Origin: Podarcis erhardii
Lineage: Eukaryota
NCBI GenBank assembly: GCA_964252035.1
Contig: OZ176201.1
DNA length: 64,000 nt
Direction: 5' to 3' (one strand)
A program made the position numbers and the translations under genes. Each line of letters starts with the position of its first letter. The first letter of the stretch is position 1. The notes under the pieces are model-generated. The model was given only the letters and a program-made list of their open reading frames with translations, did no database searches and was not told the DNA's origin. Shown here piece by piece: positions 49,929 to 62,205 of the stretch.

Positions 49929-52291
49929 TAAATGCTGCCAGGGGCCTCCTGCTCTCTACATGAAAGGAGAAGGGGGAGAGTGTATGAGCCCAGGGCTCAT
50001 TCTAGCTGTAAACTATGGTTTGTCATAGCAGTGACATACTTGCAGTCCCTGGTCCAGATATGGCCCCTAAGGCCTCCCAAGACATTTTGCTTTCAGTGGT
50101 GGTGACAAAAATTAAAGGCATAATGAGAGCAATACATGGCATGTAACTGTCAGTGGCTGGGCTTTGTAGGGATTACAAAGGACCCTACAGTTTTCTGGGG
50201 TCTCTGCATTGAGCTGTTGCTGCTTTCTGCTGCAACTAATGCTTCTGGAGCACTTGGAGATTTCTGTAAGTGCTTGGATTATATCACTGCTGTGAGCATC
50301 ACTGAGGACAGTGTTATGCAGAGGTTCTCAATGGTGCATTAGTGAAGAAGGTGCTGTTTTCCACCTCATGACTCTCAGCCCAGCACCATGATGGGGAGGA
50401 AATTTGAACAATGGTCACCAGTGAGAGGGAGAGCTGCAACACAGTGAAGTGGGGGAGGTGTTGTCACCTCATGGAGAGGCTTTTAAGCCTTAAACCCAAA
50501 GGCTGATGTTCAGAGAAAGAGGAGAATTTCAGTTCAGAGGTAGTAGAACAGGGCCCCTACAGATGGTGCTTTATAAAAGGAATTGTAGACTATCAATTGT
50601 ACTGAAGTGGTTGCCATTCCACCCTTCTCCTTATGCCCCAGGCAGGGGGAGCAATGACAAGTAATTAATTAATGTTTAAAGGTGGTGCTGTGGGGGAGAA
50701 TAATAATTGCTACAGACCACTAAAGTCAAGCAGTATTAGTTGTTGGTGACTGTAACAAACCATACCAGGGCAATGAATTAATTTCAATTAATGTTTTAAA
50801 CATTAATTCCAGTTAATCATATGCATTAATAAGATTTTCAAGCTGGCCTCAGTCATGAACACTTTACACTTCAGCCACACCAACTTGGGCAAGTGGTCCC
50901 CAGAAGGTTTGCAGTGGGACGGCGAGGCCCTTGGACTGGCAACGTTAGCCAGGCTGTTCAGAAGATAGGGGCCTGGCTTGTGAGACCTTTGTGTGGCGGG
51001 ATGCTCTGGAAACTTCAGTGGAGAGAAATCTTTCCGCACCAAGAGGATTTTGCTTCTTCATCCTTTTTTGATTTACCCTGGTTGCACAGTCAGTCTGCAA
51101 GCCATTAAGAGAGAAGCCTGCGGGCCAGAATGTCTGTTTCAGATAGGTCACTGTTGCATTCACTGGGGTCCTTCCTTCCTCTTCCTGTCTTATCTTTATT
51201 AGTCTGTCATTTCAGCCCTCAGGCACATCTTTAACTCCTTCTCTGCTGCATTGATTGAGTATTCCTCCCGTAAATCCGAGTTATGATTGCGACAGATTTT
51301 TCAATTGTCTTCTAAGCTACCTTGCAGGTGAGACACATGGAGATTTCCACAGTATATATGGTGAATCCTCCAGTGTCCTTAAGGATGACTTTAATATAAG
51401 AGCTGAGGAAACCACCCATTTCCTAAAATGCATACTTTATTTCATTTCTGATTTGGTTCATGTGATGTGGAGTTTGAATTGTCAAGGAGAATCAGTGATT
51501 CCAAGTGACAGATCACCTGCCCTGCAGAAATGAGCATTTGTATCCTGAGTGTCAATTCTTAGAGGCAAGGACAGAGTTTCACTTTTAGATTGCAAAGGAG
51601 CAAGGAGTGCTAAAATAATACAGTGCACTGGCTAATAAACTCAGGACAACAGAACAATCTCACTGTGTGCCTTTTTATTGCAATGAGGTTTTTTTTAGAT
51701 AATGTAATGTAATGTAATGCATCCTCCCAATAAAGTAACCAGTTACTGGCTTTTCTTGCATTTGCTCTGGAGGATTACACATTTTGAAGACTCCTTGTAT
51801 AGCAGCAATTCTTGTTATTCCACAGTGGCTAGTTGTCTGTCTAGCTACTATGAGCTGGGTGAGTAGTGAAGGCAGGGGCTGTCAACTCTGTACAGTGTGA
51901 CATCCCATGTTGAAAGAAAATAACTCCCCAGGAATGAGGTATAATTTGAGGTAGAGTAGCTCTGGAGTCTGTTTTCAATTCCAGCGTTTAGTTCTTGGAA
52001 AGAATGAAGTTAGAAAGAGAAGTAAAAAAGTGAATTGTTTCTAACATGTACAGAGTTCCTTTCTGTCACCACTTGCTGACCACAGCCAGCCTCATATGTT
52101 TAGGATCAGGGTGACACTTACAAGTATTCTGAGACAGACTTAAACCCCAGTTTGCAATTATTTTGGAAATTAAAGACATTCTGTGAACACCTACTGAATG
52201 TTTCAGTTAAATTCTACTGCCTGTCCAAAACAGTTCCATCCATCCTTCTACTTGGTTGATTTTCTCAGGGGCTTTTGCCTTTTTGGGAAGG

Positions 52292-52327
<36 letters not shown>
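52292..52327. repeat. (CAT)12 microsatellite
   Basis: Direct count. Confidence 0.95.
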
Positions 52328-53973
52328 TATGAGCATTTAAATTAAATGAAGTTGTAGAGGGCTCTCTAAAATATAGTTGAATGCATATAGAGAACTTTGG
52401 TGTATTTGGAGTCAAAGGTGATCTAGTAGAGAGCTGTGATCAACTTATCAGGGCTTAATTTTTAATCATATTGCTGCTGGAGATAAAGTCTTCCTAGAAG
52501 GCCTCTCTCCCCTCTGATTCTAGATATGTGGGCACTGGGGTTAATAACTGAACAATGAGTGAAATGTATGTTTTCATACATTTCATACAATGAGTTTCAT
52601 GTGAAGAGCATAGATTCATGTAAGAAATTATGTTCTCCACATGTTCTAGTGATGAATCATGGCACTGAAGACATACCTGAGAGTTAAGCCTTAGCCAAAC
52701 CTGGCTCAGGGCAAGTGCCATGTTATAGTTGTTTCATTAAAGGGTAACAAGTTACTTGATCATAACAGGCATTTGTAGCTAATTTAGATATGTTACTATT
52801 CTGATTGTGAGATCTGCTTTCAAATTGGAGGCTAAATCTAAAATGGTGGTTGATGAGAGATATTGAAACATGAAACACTCTGTCTAGAGAAAGTAGTTCA
52901 TAGCTACCTGTGATGCTCAGAACTGTTTCACTTAGAGGTTAGGGTGTGTTAAATATATGACCCCAACCAAGATGTACAAAGGGGGAACTATGGACAAAGA
53001 GAGGATGCAGGATGGATTTGCAGAGCCTTGATGTCAACAACTGTAGCTGAAGTTAGGTGACCTTTCAGACACCTTCTTTTGGTGGTTCCAAAGGCAAGTA
53101 TGTGATGTCCCTGATAAAGGACAGGGCTATTTTTGTGGTTTCTGCCTTGTAAATTATCACCTTCCTCCATAAGTTAGGCAGCACGCACTATTTCAAACAG
53201 TTTCCTGCCTTTTGTGGGGTGGGATGAGGGGACAAAAACCACCGCCTGAGTCTCAATGAACCAAGGGCAAACTGAGAACACGTAGCTATGTTGCCATCCG
53301 GCAAACTGTATTTGGAAAATACTGAAATTCATATCTAACTCCTGTTGTGAAAATGAGTATGCTCTTGGCAGGCTCAGATGACCATAAAATCCACCTCTGC
53401 CTCCACAGAAAGCACTATGGACAGACCATAAACAGTGGCACAATATCTTAAGAGGCATTTTGCTATTCAGCCCTGTCAGCAGAATGCAAAAGGACTTGTG
53501 TTCTTCAAAAGGACTTGGTGGGTCACAAAGGACTCCTGTGTCTAATCCCTAGAGAGCTCACACCACTCTGTGGCTCTTGCCCTTTAAGAGGCCAGCAGAC
53601 CTCGCTGCTGCCGTTCTGTTTCTTTTTTGCCGCAAGAGAGAAATAAGGATGCCCTTCCAGATTGTGTGTGTCAGAATACAGATTGACACCATTTGGAAGC
53701 AATTGCCCTCCACTCTGGTGGAGGGAACCGTTATATGTCAGGAGTGGGGAAACCGTTTTCAGCCCAAGGGCCACATTTGCTTCTGGGAAACTTTTTGAGG
53801 GCCACATTCCAGTGGTAGTGGGTGGAGCTAGAGGCAAAAGTAGGTGGAACATTTGATGCAAATGTTACCTTGTGTGGTAGGCTAGTACCCACACACACGC
53901 ACACACCCCTCTCTATCCATAAAAGCAACAGACACAACCAGAATTCAGAAACATCCTAGCCTGACAAAAACAC

Positions 53974-53978
<5 letters not shown>

Positions 53979-54012
<34 letters not shown>
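53979..54012. repeat. (TG)17 microsatellite
   Basis: Direct count. Confidence 0.95.
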
Positions 54013-54014
<2 letters not shown>

Positions 54015-54877
54015 GCAGGACCAGTGAGAGACTTCTGAGGACCAGGTTTAACCCGCAGGTTGGAGGTTTATAACCCACAGTTTATAAAGTGAGAGTTTTT
54101 TAAAAATGGATCTTGTTGATCCCACTAAGTGACAAAGAAATTTCTCACGCACACTATTTCCTTTTCTGACCCTCTTGTATGCAGTGCAAGATATGCCCAA
54201 CAGGCCTTTTATAGGGCTAATTGTCTGGTTTCAGCTAGGTGACACACTTGGCAATTCAAGCAAAGGAAACACCTCTTCTCTTCCCAGTAAGCAAAACTTC
54301 ACAATTCAGTACAGAGGTGGGAAACTCATGGCCCTCCAGATATGGCTGGACTCCCAACCCCCATCAGCTGCAGTCAACATGGCCAGGGATGATGGCAGCT
54401 TGTAATCAAACCACGTATGGAAGGCCACAGTTTCTCCACAGTGGATCTAACATCTTGACCAGAATGAAATGGAGAAAGGTTGCATTCTAGTAACTTTGCA
54501 CGTTTCACTGGCTGCCTAAAAGTACCCCCTTTCCCTTTTCTCTGGGCTTACAGAATACATTATGCTACACAACTGCCCTTCCCTCATTTGTAAGCATTTC
54601 CCAGCTGTCCTGTTGTATTTAAAGGAGATGGGAGAGGAAAGAGGTTATGACCCCTAAAGAAATCTTAAAACAGTACTCTTATGAAGGCCAAATGCCCATT
54701 GGTACCTATAGAAATGAATGTTCCTTAATAGCCATTTAGCTAAAGACATTTCAACAGAATCTTCTTCAGTGCCTGATATTTCTATTTAAAAATAAAACTA
54801 CTTTTTGTCATAGTTTTTAACCTTAACTCTTATTCTTTATAAGCTGAGCACCTTTAAGGATAAGCTAAAACATTTAA

Positions 54878-55052
54878 AAAATTCCTTCCAGTAGCACCTT
54901 AAAGACCAACTGAGTTAGTTCTAGGTATGAGCTTTCGTGTAAGAACTAACTCAGTTACCTAGAACTAACTCAGTTGGTCTTTAAGGTGCTACTGGAAGGA
55001 ATTTTTTATTTTGTTTTGACCATGGCAGACCAACACGGCTACCTATCTGTAA
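54878..55052. mobile_element. Short Penelope-like element remnant with fold-back (inverted) terminal structure
   Basis: Perfect 52-bp inverted repeat 54876-54927 / 54956-55007; 13-bp direct repeats CTAAAACATTTAA (54865-54877, 55053-55065). The sequence ggtctttaaggtgctactggaagg..ggcagaccaacacggctac matches recalled squamate Penelope termini. Confidence 0.7.
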
Positions 55053-57984
55053 CTAAAACATTTAAGCTATTTTGGGTCCATAAATGCCAGTTCCCACCTT
55101 TTCATAGGTACTCGTCTTTCCTTTCTCTGAGAAGCTTGCGTCTGGTCTCCTCAACGCTTAGCCACAGACCCTTCTTGGAGTGCCAGCAGTCATAAAAAGA
55201 GCTCCTCTGAACACATGCAGAACTCTTTCCCCCTCACTGCAGCAGAACCTCACAGTTCTGACAGTGAGGTTTGAGTCCTTCTATGTCATTTTTAAAAAAG
55301 GTGTGTATATCAGCAGCTACATCTCTCATCTTTCTCCTCTGACCTCCTCCTTCACTCTGCCCTAAACTCCTATGCACCTTTTAATCTCATTTTAAACCTT
55401 TCCAGCCATTCTGCATTCTAATGACTAACACATATTCCCCTCTGGCTTTGAGTAAGAAGCAGTCATGTCCTTTGGGCTCTGCCTCATATTAGCTCCTAGC
55501 ACTTGTTTGTTTTGGGTCCTCTGCTTTCATGGATTACTCTGGACAAGGCATTTTGTGCTGTGCTGCGCTACAGCCAGCTTGACAGCTCCCGTGTTGCATT
55601 AGATGAATCCCGCTCTAATCTTTTGCTGTGAGTGCTGGCATAGCGGAGGTGCCCTCAGCTGTATTTTTCGCTTCCTTCTCTCCCTGTGTCATTTCCCACT
55701 GTGACTCCTGTCTCGCAGCCCCTCCAGGCTGATGAGTGTCGGGCTCCACATCGAAGAGGTCGAGCTTCCAGCAACGAACAATTAATTCCCCTCCACCCCA
55801 CCCTTTATCATCTCTGGGAGTTTGGGCCCTCCAGGAAAAGGAACCATGGGAGATTGGCAGTTACTCACCCAGCACCCAGCCACCAGCAGCACAATTTCTT
55901 TTGCAAGGGCTGCTTACGTGGGAGGAAAGAGGGATTTATCTTATTTACGACGGGTCAAACTCTGTCAACTGTTATTAAAGGCAGAAGCTGTTGCTGGTGA
56001 GCCTGATCCTGTTGACCTGGGAAGAAATGGATGAGCAAGACAAGCAAGGCATCCCTTTGTACCCCCAAGAGCTGAAGGAGTAAGCTTGAGGAATAAGCAG
56101 ACACTCATCAGTATGGAGACTCCAATGTCTGTAAACTGTGAGACCAAAAGGCTGTGAAACAAAAGAGAGCGGTAGACTTTGAAAAGCCCTTAGCCTTGAA
56201 TGGCATTTAAAAAAAAGAAAGTGCCATTAAGCATTTATGTTTCTTTTACTCTGCCCATGTTGATGAGCGTTCATATTTATTGGCTGCTAGATGCGGAGTA
56301 CCTGAAACAGGAAGGGGAGTCACAGCTAGCAGGAGTGGCATAGTGTCACATTTTTTAAGCAGTTTGTAAGAGCTGTTGGGGGCATCCTTCCCCTAAAAAA
56401 GAAAAGAAAAAGCCAATGGGGAAAGGGGCCGTAGCCTTGGTAAACTCTAAATCCACAGGGTACAGGCATACAAAAGAAGAAGTGTTGGGATATATAGATA
56501 TATAGAGAGGTGAATGGTATAGTGGCATGCAAAAACAAGCAGGTGTAACCTAGTTTGGAAGAACATATATAGTGCTTGAATTCTTTTTCTTCTAAGCTGG
56601 GGCAGCATGTATGGCCCAAGTCTTTCAGGAAGACTCAACACAGGGAAGAAATAGCAAGCAAGCAACCTTGGCAGATGTAATTCTAAACCTTATGTGGCTG
56701 AAGCAGTGATCAGTGCATGACTGTGGCTGTATGCACATTCCCATTTACTCTGCATCCAGTGTGCTCCCACTGCTGGTTGGGGAAGCAGTGTTCACACACA
56801 TCTATCCTGCGTCTGTCCTGTTTTTTCTTGAAAAATACTGCATTTTGATGTGTCTCCCCCTAAAACAACTCTGATCCAAATTGAGAAAAAGCACAACCTA
56901 GCTGCATTTTAAGCTGTGAACACCTTACGTCTACTCATGCTCAGTTGAACTTGCCCAATGGGCAGCGGGGTGTCTTTAACAGAAGTGTGATATGCAGCAA
57001 TCAGCAGCTGAAGATTTTCATCGCATTGTGTTAAATTTTTAATCTCCTCAGCCAGTTGTATGATGTTTGGAGAAGCCTCCTCCGAACCTGCTTCCTTCCT
57101 CTTTGGATACTGCCTCTGCGGTTCTTGGTTCTGGAGGGAAGCAGAACAGACAAAATGCCATTGGACTCGCTGTTCTTATTGGCCCACTGCTCTGGGTGGA
57201 ACAAACAGGCCTTGGCTTTTACTCAGCTTGTTTTCATGTGGCTTCCAAAGAGAAGTGGTTAAAGAGGGACCTCTGAATGTGGTGAGGATGCCAACACACT
57301 CCCCTTTTCAGTGCCTCTTGCTTTCGTTTTGGGATGGGTTGGGGCCAGAGATGCATCCTACCCTTTGCATCCTACTATTCTTTTATGCATGTTAGATTAA
57401 TCCTTGGAGCTATTTTAGGCAAGCCTTGGGCTGGCTAAATTGCAAGTTTGTCTGTGTCTTGTGGGTTTTGGCCAGAGAGGTGTAATGGAAAAATCCTTTA
57501 GTGCAGCGCCCACACAGGCTCTTAACCCTTTTTTTAATAGTTTCTCATTCATTGCCTCTTAAATTTCTGCTGAGAACAAAAACGGATAGCAAGCAGCAGT
57601 ATGTGGAAGGTTTTTCTTGCTGCCTGTGGGAAAGTTAAAACATGCTCATGTGAAGTCATCCAGGAACATTCTTCTTCATTTCCTAATTCCACAGATTCTT
57701 CATTTTTTAAAAATAATTGCTGTTCAGTACTGAATTTCCCAAATTTCAATTTTTTAAGAAATTAAAGACTTTTGCATAACAACGGAATGTGATTGGCTAT
57801 TATAGCAAAATGATCTCCTAATTAAAAGCATGATTTGAGGAGGTTGAAGGCAGGGTGGGAGAGTGTTTGATGTTGAATAGATGAGCATGTGCTTTGAAGG
57901 CAGATGCTTACTGTGGAGAATTTCAGCACTAAGTCTGTTCATCTCTCCTTTACTCTGGTTCCCCCCATAGGTGAGCAGTGGAGA

Positions 57985-58070
57985 GCACAATCCTATGCAT
58001 GTATCTAAGGCAAGCCTCTTATTGGTTCACTGGGGCTGACTCCCTTGTAAATTTACATAAGATTGCAGTC
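57985..58070. mobile_element. Old palindromic element with CAATCCT..AGATTG ends; relatives at ~640-750, 39685-39760, 43375-43460 and 58130-58210
   Basis: caatcctatgcatgta..aagattgcag; imperfect arms around a central cccattga-like motif. Confidence 0.45.
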
Positions 58071-60787
58071 TGAAGGTTCCTATCATTCAATCACAATTTT
58101 GGAATAATGGATTTCATGCGTTGTTCTTAACTAACATTTACTCAAAATAGGCCCATTAATAGCCATTACTAACATAGGTCTGTTAGGTCTACTCTGAGTA
58201 AATATTAGTATTCAGAAGCCTATTATGCAAGTTAACTAAGCTGATTCGCATGTTTTCACTTACAGAAATTTTGGCAAGGCTTTTGATTGTGGACAAGAAA
58301 TGTAAGAGTTGTTTGGCATTATTTAGCAATAAGGTAAAGACAGGGGATGCTGAGCATGGGTAGAGAACTCCGATTCCTAAGGATACCTTTCCATGATCCC
58401 CTAAAAGGACACCCCACTTTTCACTTTTTAAAAATGTTCTTCTCTTGCAAACTCCTGTTCACTCAGAGCTCTGTTAACCACAGACCCCAAAAGTTGTGCT
58501 TTAGTTTTTTTGCACAGAGCAGAGCCCTCCCATCTTCTCAGCTGTTTCACGCAGGTGCAATTTTGCTAAATCAGGGATGTCCTTTAAAATGAGGGATATC
58601 CGAGAAGAGACCCCAGCAGATGTGATGTAGAGGCTTTCCTATTTATCTCTGAAATAATATGGCCTGACAGCTTGCTTTTCGAACTGGAGACTGGCATCCT
58701 GTGCGCTCAGAATTAGTTCAAAATTCCGTTGCTTGCAGTATCCATGAACGTACATGCTGAAAATATGCAGACCTGGCTAAGGAGATGACAGACCTGTGGA
58801 GTATGGGTAAGGGAGCGTTCTCATTAGTCCTTGGAATTGGCTGCTCCGGAAGAGGGAACAGCTGGGAAAGGCCTGGCCAGTGTCAGAGCCATTTCTGCTG
58901 TGTAGCTCCCAGCCCAGCATCACGAGTGCGGAACCATGAGACTCTTTAGGAAAGGCTCCTTAGCACCAGGTGTTTCCTGTTTTTGAGCGGGGCAAAATTG
59001 TTGCTGGATGACACACGGCTCCCTGTAGACGCCAAACATGTGACGTAGCAGGATTGAGCAGGGTCTGTCTCAAAAAGCCAGTCAGCAAAATGTGTGCATG
59101 TTTTGGGACAGAGGCTCTTAGCTCATGTACTCCATTTGCCGTGCACCCACATTTTGTATCCGTATGCTGGGTGTGTCCTTTTAGGCACTCTGTGTTTTGG
59201 GCTATGGTATTTAGGCATGTGCACCTAATCTGTTTGCCCAAGACACCCCAGAATTAGTGGATTTGATTCCAAAGGAGGACAAAGAGCTATGTGGGTGTTA
59301 TTTCCTGTATGTTAGTGAAATCATGGAATCTTGGGAGAGAAGTTAGTGCAACTCACCTTCTTAGAACCTCAAAAACTCAAGAGAACTTGAAACCTCAGGG
59401 TGTGGGTATGTATCTCCTGTACTGCTTTGACTTTGTGGTTTAATCCAGCGAGCAAAGCAAGTATTGTTCAAGGGTTAATGAGCTCCCATAAAGAACTTTG
59501 AGGTGTCCTGTTTTTGTGTAGTTGGAAACTGTTCCTGGAATAGACACACCCACTTCTGCTGTTCCTGCCTCTATTACAAGTTTGCTTACTGGAATTGGTG
59601 CTGGTGAGTTGGGCTGGGGGAAAGAGCTGGTCCGCCCCCTGTTGGAGTCTATGATGAATGTGTTTGCAGGCTCCTGAGCAAAGTTTCTGATCCTACCGCT
59701 GTTTGCTTCAAAACATGTTATTCTCCACCCTTTCCCTGTTATTTAAAGCAGGGATCCCTTCCCCCCCCCCCCAGGCCCAGTTTGACTCGCCTGGGGATTG
59801 CATCAGGCTATTGTTGCCAAAGTGGTACCCTCCTGGGATGCAGGGCTGTTTTCTTGCCTGGTCCTGTTTATTTTTATTCTCTCCCTGTGCTCTGCAACCT
59901 GGCTTTGGGGAGGTCAGGGTTGTCCTCTTGAGAGCAGCAAGGGATGCTGTACAGAGTTTTATGTGTCTGCTTTGCTAGGGTGCTGAACAGCCACTCAGTG
60001 AAGGAGACTGCGAAGGTTATGCCATGACTCAGGTGCTAGCTGAGCTCTTGGCTGGGTCAGCAAATAAACCCAGCCTCTGTCAGGTGCAGCTGCAACCTTT
60101 CCATCATGCATGCCCCTTTGCCTCCAGAGATGGGGCTGATGCAGCGATTGGTTGCCAGTGATTAGTGGGGACCTTGCAGATAAAGGAGCATGGGAGATAC
60201 TAGTGAGTACGGTTAGCAGGGCTGGATGCTGCTCTGAGAAATTCATCAGGATTGATTATTGGCTTCATTGAAATCCTAGAGGTGATTTCTTTACACTAGG
60301 ATAGGGCGAGTTTTCTAGGTCAGGCATGCTGAGAGAGCTGCAGTCAGAGCTATCATTTGGTTTGCAAGGCTTCATGTGCCAGCTTGGTGCTCTGCAGCTT
60401 GGGCTTGTTTACTTATTTATTATTTCAGTTTGTGTCCCTCCCCCCTTCGTCAAGTGCTGATGTCAGGGCAGGTCACAGAATAAAGTAAGGATATCCATTA
60501 ATTTCACAAAACAATAAAATTGCATAAAACAGGGATAGCTTCAAATGAAAGCATCATGCAACAATGCAGAAAGCAACCCCTTTACAGCTGGCAAATTGAT
60601 TCAATCCCCAACAAAGGCTTGAGTGAACATAGACTTTTTTACCTGGTGCTGAAAAATAAGCAACAATGATGCCAATCACACTACAAGGGGAAGGGAATTT
60701 CACTGCTGAAGTGCTACCATCTCACCTGACAAAACACACTTTCCCCTCTATCTGGAATGGCATGAGGACTTAAAATGGGGATAAAGG

Positions 60788-61126
60788 TAATAGTAGTGGT
60801 GGTGGTAGTAGTAGTAATAATATTAATAATATTAATAATATTAATAATAATAATTGTATACCACCATTCATTTGTACATCTCAGGTTGGCTCACAAAATA
60901 AAAATACAATATAAAACACACACCAATATAAAAACAATATAAAAACAAACCAAGAATCCCTCCCACAGCATATTTAAAAGGGCATCAGATGTTAATCAGC
61001 CCAAGGCCTGGTTGAAGAGGAACCTTTTCACCTGGCGCCTAAAAGTGTATAATGAAGGAGCCAGCTGAAGCTCCCTGGGGAGAACATTTGACAAATGGGG
61101 AGCCACTGCAGAGAAGGAGCATTCTT
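60788..61126 (-). mobile_element. L2 LINE 3' end, left part (interrupted by the ATP23 retrocopy), with TAA/TAG microsatellite tail
   Basis: Minus-strand translation AVAPHLSNVLPRELQLAPSLYTFRRQVKRFLFNQA resembles the L2 ORF2 C-terminus; A/T-rich 3' UTR; (TAATAATAT)n tail at ~60788-60853. Confidence 0.75.
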
Positions 61127-62205
61127 TTTTTTTTTTTAATGAAACAGCATTTATTAAACCAAGGATGAGAACCAAAGCATTTGCAAAATTAATTTCCAGT
61201 AGAATACTCACATAAACTTTTATGTGCACATGGGGGGGGGGCGCTGCTAGACCAATTTGTACACCAAACAAAACACAGAACAAAACACAGTTGTTTGTGG
61301 ACTTCCAGTTATCTTCACAATTAATCTTTTGAAAATTGTCCCCAAATGTTGTAGCAAGAAATGAACAGTTTTTGGCTAAAATTTTGCCTAGTACCGGTCA
61401 CAGTTTTGGAAATCTCTATGTGCATATTTTGCATCCGATCTGCTGTGAGGCACTCTGTCAAATGGCTCGTGGTCATTGAAACATGATTCAAAGACTTCAC
61501 CCACAGCTTTCTCGGCCATTTCTTTGCTGATGTTCCCAAGATGGAGCGAACAGCTCTGTCTTTTACACAAGTCTGCTGATGCTGCTTCAATCCAAATTTA
61601 AACCGGGTTATTTCATTTAGGAGGGAGCAATCACCACTAAGATTAACAGCTTGAATCTCCAAGCAAGCTAAATGCCTGATATTATTGAACCAGTCCACAT
61701 GTGCACGGCAGTGATCAGAAGCATGGAGAAGCTCATGTGCAACCACTCTGTTCATATGAGACTGGTGATGAATATTGTTTTGGCACAAAACAATCTGTGA
61801 TGTTGAAGAATCGAATCCTCCACTGACACACCCATCACACTCTTCACATGAGAAGTGTCGATCTTTGAAAACAGTGCAGCCAATATTCTTCATAGCATCA
61901 AGTAGCAGTTTAGCATATGCTTTCCAGGGCAATCTGCAGCATCACTGGCACCTGTGGTTCCTGGTGAAGACGGCCTTATAGAGCATGGACTGCTGCTGTT
62001 TCCCGCCTCTGTGGCTCCTCTTGGGAAACAGGCCGTACCCGAAGTCACTGTCCCACTCTCTGCCGGAGCCGCAGCTCCCCGGATCCTGTGGCTGCTCCGG
62101 AGGAGGCATCTCGGAAGAGCCTCCTTCAGCCATTCAAGCACGTCAGAAACAGCATGGCTTGGGAGGCCTCATCGGCCACCGCAGGTCACTCACCGTAGTG
62201 ATCAA
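61125..62205 (-). pseudogene. ATP23: Processed (intronless) pseudogene of ATP23, mitochondrial inner-membrane metalloprotease (XRCC6BP1/KUB3, peptidase M76)
   Basis: ORF pieces 61942..62133, 61321..61932 and 61388..61570 together give the ATP23 protein ([51 protein letters not shown]..; [16 protein letters not shown]). No introns. T13 at 61125-61137 (polyA on -), TTTATT at 61150-61155 (AATAAA on -), TSD AAGGAGCATTCTT 61114-61126 / AAGGATCATTCTT 62206-62218. In-frame TGA plus frameshifts. Confidence 0.92.

Noticed and set aside
55729-55756. CTGATGA..GAAG as a hammerhead ribozyme
   Set aside because: The second core is GAAG rather than GAAA, stem II does not abut it, and no stems I/III were found.
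55670-55870. Cryptic exon after a strong-looking acceptor (tctcgcag at 55718)
   Set aside because: No good + strand donor follows; the only strong donor nearby is on the - strand (55863-55868) with no supporting acceptor.
61321-61932. 203-aa ORF as a functional ATP23 gene
   Set aside because: It starts at TTG downstream of an in-frame TGA, leaves the ATP23 frame near 61536, and has conserved-site substitutions; called a pseudogene instead.
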